Source: Methanobacteriota archaeon (GTDB lineage Archaea > Halobacteriota > Bog-38 > Methanoflorentales > Methanoflorentaceae). From it: a stretch of 64,000 nucleotides of DNA. This document shows positions 63,909 to 64,000 of this stretch, piece by piece. The stretch covers positions 1,216,001 to 1,280,000 of the forward strand of contig OY970393.1 of the NCBI GenBank assembly GCA_963720465.1. Reading direction: 5' to 3'. Position 1 is the first letter of the stretch. Every line of letters starts with the position of its first letter. The position numbers and the translations under genes were made by a program. A model generated the notes under the pieces. It was not told where the DNA came from and made no database searches. It was given only the letters and a program-made list of their open reading frames with translations.

Positions 63909-64000
63909 ATCGTTTAACTCTTTGCCACAGTAGATAGCTCGCTATGGATATCTGAGTTGCACGCCTAGCTATTTTTTATATCTTCTTTGGCTCTTTCACA

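Noticed and set aside
1-64000. CRISPR array, rRNA, transposase or integrase
   Set aside because: No repeat-spacer array, rRNA-like sequence, or DDE/tyrosine/serine recombinase motifs were recognised in the window.

Overview
Archaeal DNA, probably from a Halobacteriota methanogen-related lineage (inferred from TATA-box promoters, GGAGGTGA-type SD motifs, a DUF1724/FilR1-like wHTH, DUF1616 and an F420-type reductase). The window is mostly accessory. 0-17 kb is a cell-envelope/glycosylation region: a GT4, an Ig-repeat surface protein, a nucleotidyltransferase-HAD fusion, three paralogous GT2s, DUF4012/DUF4352 proteins, a Cys-rich secreted protein and a hidden three-gene small-ORF operon. 19.5-29.6 kb is a two-component signalling cluster ending in an MshEN-like/GT2 synthase. 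30-52 kb holds redox and stress genes, ABC transporters, a xanthine-dehydrogenase/CoxMSL-family molybdo-hydroxylase with XdhC and MocA, and a DtxR-FeoB unit with a perfect operator palindrome. 53-57 kb looks like a mobile-element remnant with a broken RelBE module. At 61.7-63.9 kb, a 3'-half tRNA-Val(CAC) (att-like) is overlapped by two convergent paralogous AbrB-like genes and followed by a Kiwa anti-phage pair; this is the most unusual locus. At least nine genes carry single-base frameshifts, several in homopolymers, so many pseudogene calls may be assembly errors. Many convincing proteins under 60 aa are absent from the ORF track.
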